Below the pieces are notes generated by a model that had not been told where the DNA came from, made no database searches, and saw only the letters and a list, made by a program, of their open reading frames with translations. From the NCBI GenBank assembly GCA_973895155.1, contig OZ316897.1, positions 7,988,470 to 8,052,469 on the forward strand: a stretch of DNA of 64,000 bases, written 5' to 3'. The stretch is from Marsupella aquatica (taxonomy: Eukaryota; Plantae; Marchantiophyta). Every line of letters begins with the position of its first letter. Position 1 is the first letter of the stretch. A program made the translations under genes and the position numbers. This document shows, piece by piece, positions 61,442-64,000 of this stretch.

Positions 61442-64000
61442 ATGCAGGAAGCCAAGAAATTGGAATGTGGGGAGGCTCTCAGGAGGCTTGTCGCTCGCCA
61501 CCCATCAGTGGCGAGCGATCCGCAAATTGCACGGCTGTTATGTGAGGTGCGTTGGAATAATCTCTTCTATGTACATTCTCCTGGGGGTTTTGGATGTCTC
61601 TGAATTCTTCTTGTTGGGGAAGTTCTCTGAGAACCTTTGCTGTGTGAGTTGTGTTTGAAAATGAAATTAGGATGGACGTTTGCGTGTGCTGATTGGGAAT
61701 ATTTTTTGCTTAACCCAATCGTGAATAGCAGAAGCACCACGAAGATGCGGATGTCCTAGCAGCAGCGCAGCAGCTGCTCTTGATACCAAACCTCACAGTT
61801 GCAGTAGCTGGTTGCTTCCGTCCGCTGCTCTTGCGCCTCGTTGACGGTCTCGTGCAGTCACTGCGACATTTGTGGCTGCATGGCAGCCGAAATTCATTGG
61901 AAACTGATGCCCTCATAGTTGAGAAGTCAGTCCCTTTAGTTGAGTGTAGAAAATTAACGAATTGGAGTATCAGCTGTCATGAGTACGCTGTGATGGCTTT
62001 CAGCCGCCTTCTCGAATTGGCTCCCTATACTCTAAGGTACAGCTTCAGTTGGAATAAAGCTTGTCCTCATGTTTAAAGTCAGTGAATTTGTGAATTGGAA
62101 ATTTCTGTGGTTTGATTGTAGCATACATATGCTCTACCATTCGACTTTTTTCTGATATCTTACGACACGGTTTTCAGCTCTGTGATTCAATACTTCTCCT
62201 TCGCTCCTGCACCGTTTGAACGACTCCTGCACTCCGGTGGCAATTTGCCAGCGGTAAGAGGATCTGATTTACAAACTCAACTGAAGCTGAGAAGTTTGCT
62301 ACGTGTGATGACAATGCTTGCTTTTGGTTTAGAGGATTGCGTACGTTGCTAGCTAATTTTTAATCCTTTGTATGTGATCTACTGCTGTGTACGTGTTCAT
62401 TCATGTCTCCATATCTAAACCATTCTATGATTTTTTCAAAATGTTCTTTGCGGTCGCAGGATGCACCACCACTCTTGGATGTGGTTCGAGCGTCGTATCG
62501 CTACTTGCAGCTTGAGCCCAAGAGTTTCCGGGATATTTGGGATTGGAGCCCATTTTTAGATCTCCTTCGTTGGACAGGCCCTGATGATCTAGGGGAATCA
62601 CTGTCACAGGCTGGGCTTGATGTCCGGTGGAGTGCAGTTCAAGTTCTATCTCTAGTTCTTAGAATGAGTGACGTAACGACTAGGGCACTAAGCTCCGCCG
62701 TCTCGCAATTGACAGAAGAAGATTGCTTCGCCTGCCTTATGCGGTATGTTGTATGCGAAGTGTTGTATTCCTGTCCCTGTCTATTGTCCGAGTACGGTTT
62801 CTTGAATAATGTTGCACACTCAATTTTAAAGTACAATTTAGAAGAATTGCTGACTAGAAACTGGTTCTCTCGGTTTAAATAATGTTGAGTTTAAACATCC
62901 ACAAAACACAAAATTGGGGCTGGAGACTGAAGAGCAAGTCGTCGAGACGGAAAACCAAAGACTTTCAAACAATTCTAAGAAGCACATGGAAGAAATTGTA
63001 GCAAAAATTTATGGATAGTGACGTCTTATCGATTCCCTCTCCTCTTCTCGTCAAGGCTCAATGAATTTCCAGACTCAGGGGAAAGCCCCTCAGAATGAAC
63101 TCTTTGGCGCACAGGTTAGGAAAAAGGATTCGTTCGTTGGTTGACGCTTCCAACACGCTTCTTTGTGCAGGTGGGAAGGCTTTTCACATGAAATCGCTGT
63201 GGAAAAAGCAGGAATGTTCTTGAGACATAGTGTAATTGTAGAAGATGAAGTGATGGATAATGTTGAAGACACAAATCTTTGCAAAAGGAATACATCATCA
63301 CTGTTTGAAGATTTTCAGTCTGTTGTGAGGTGGGGAGTGGAAGAAGATTCGTCCTTTATTGAGATTTGCGGCGTCCAGCTGCCAGTGAGAACAGGTCTCA
63401 ACAGGAAGGGGTAAGTGATTAATCACGGTAACGTGGACTATTTCGTCTCCAATTTCAAATTGATGTCATCGTAAGATCTGGTTCAAAGTAGGAGCTTTCC
63501 TAAATGTTTAACTGTTTCTTTTTTTAAATTGTGCAGCTCCATTGGGTCTCTGTCGAGGTCGTTTGTACTTACATCAACTGTAAAAAGGAACTTGGAGTCT
63601 GTTGTTTTGGCTTTGAGCCAAAGGCAGCCCATTCTGTTAGAGGGCCCAATTGGATCTGGAAAGTCTAGTCTTATCCAGGAACTTGCAAACCTGACTGGAA
63701 ATTCAGGTGTGACCACCTTGATAAGACTTTTGGTTGCATGGAATTAGGTCTGATTTTCCACATTGATGAAATTCTTCCTGTAATAAGGATTAGGAGTTGT
63801 GCTTTGGGCCATAATCTTTTGTCACTGATCGAAGAAATTACGTGTACAGATGTGATTTTCATACATTTGGATGATCAGATGGATAGCAAGATGCTACTAG
63901 GCAACTATGTGTGCACAGAAATTCCCGGAGAGTTTAAATGGCAACCAGGTGCCCTAACACAGGTGGGTGGCATGGTTTCTTGGAAGATGATATTATTCAA
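61442..64000 (+). CDS. MDN1: Midasin (MDN1/Rea1 AAA-ATPase), 5' part; continues past the right edge
   Basis: MQEAKKLECGEALRRLVARHP..., IPNLTVAVAGCFRP, WDWSPFLDLL, DVRWSAVQVLS, ICGVQLP, FVLTSTVKRNLE...LLEGPIGSGKS (Walker A), IHLDDQMDSKMLLGNYVCTEIPGEFKWQPGALTQ, in GT-AG exons. Confidence 0.95.

Overview
Eukaryotic nuclear DNA with intron-rich genes, most consistent with a non-seed land plant. A bryophyte, probably a liverwort, is inferred from the plant-type PAE/PANC/TAZ/MDN1 genes, a DUF3455 gene and a cilia-type coiled-coil gene. Left to right: the 5' part of an apparently intact CRE-like non-LTR retrotransposon running off the left edge; a 197-bp satellite; a Copia-type LTR remnant; an 11-exon coiled-coil gene resembling the N-terminus of RPGRIP1L/Fantom; decayed coding-like DNA; and a highly divergent 7-exon Argonaute (minus strand, ~1103 aa, intact DEDH tetrad, non-plant motif signatures, degenerate PAZ). 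Next come a TE-littered intergenic stretch with a secreted DUF3455 gene and Helitron ends; proteasome alpha-5; pantothenate synthetase; a tafazzin-like acyltransferase; a tRNA-Thr(AGT)/tRNA-Ser(AGA) pair only 5 nt apart; a full-length but decayed Ty1/Copia element with TSD; and the 5' end of midasin. The divergent Argonaute locus is the best candidate for an undescribed system. All gene models were built by hand from GT-AG sites and reading-frame phase; family calls rest on remembered motifs, not on database searches.
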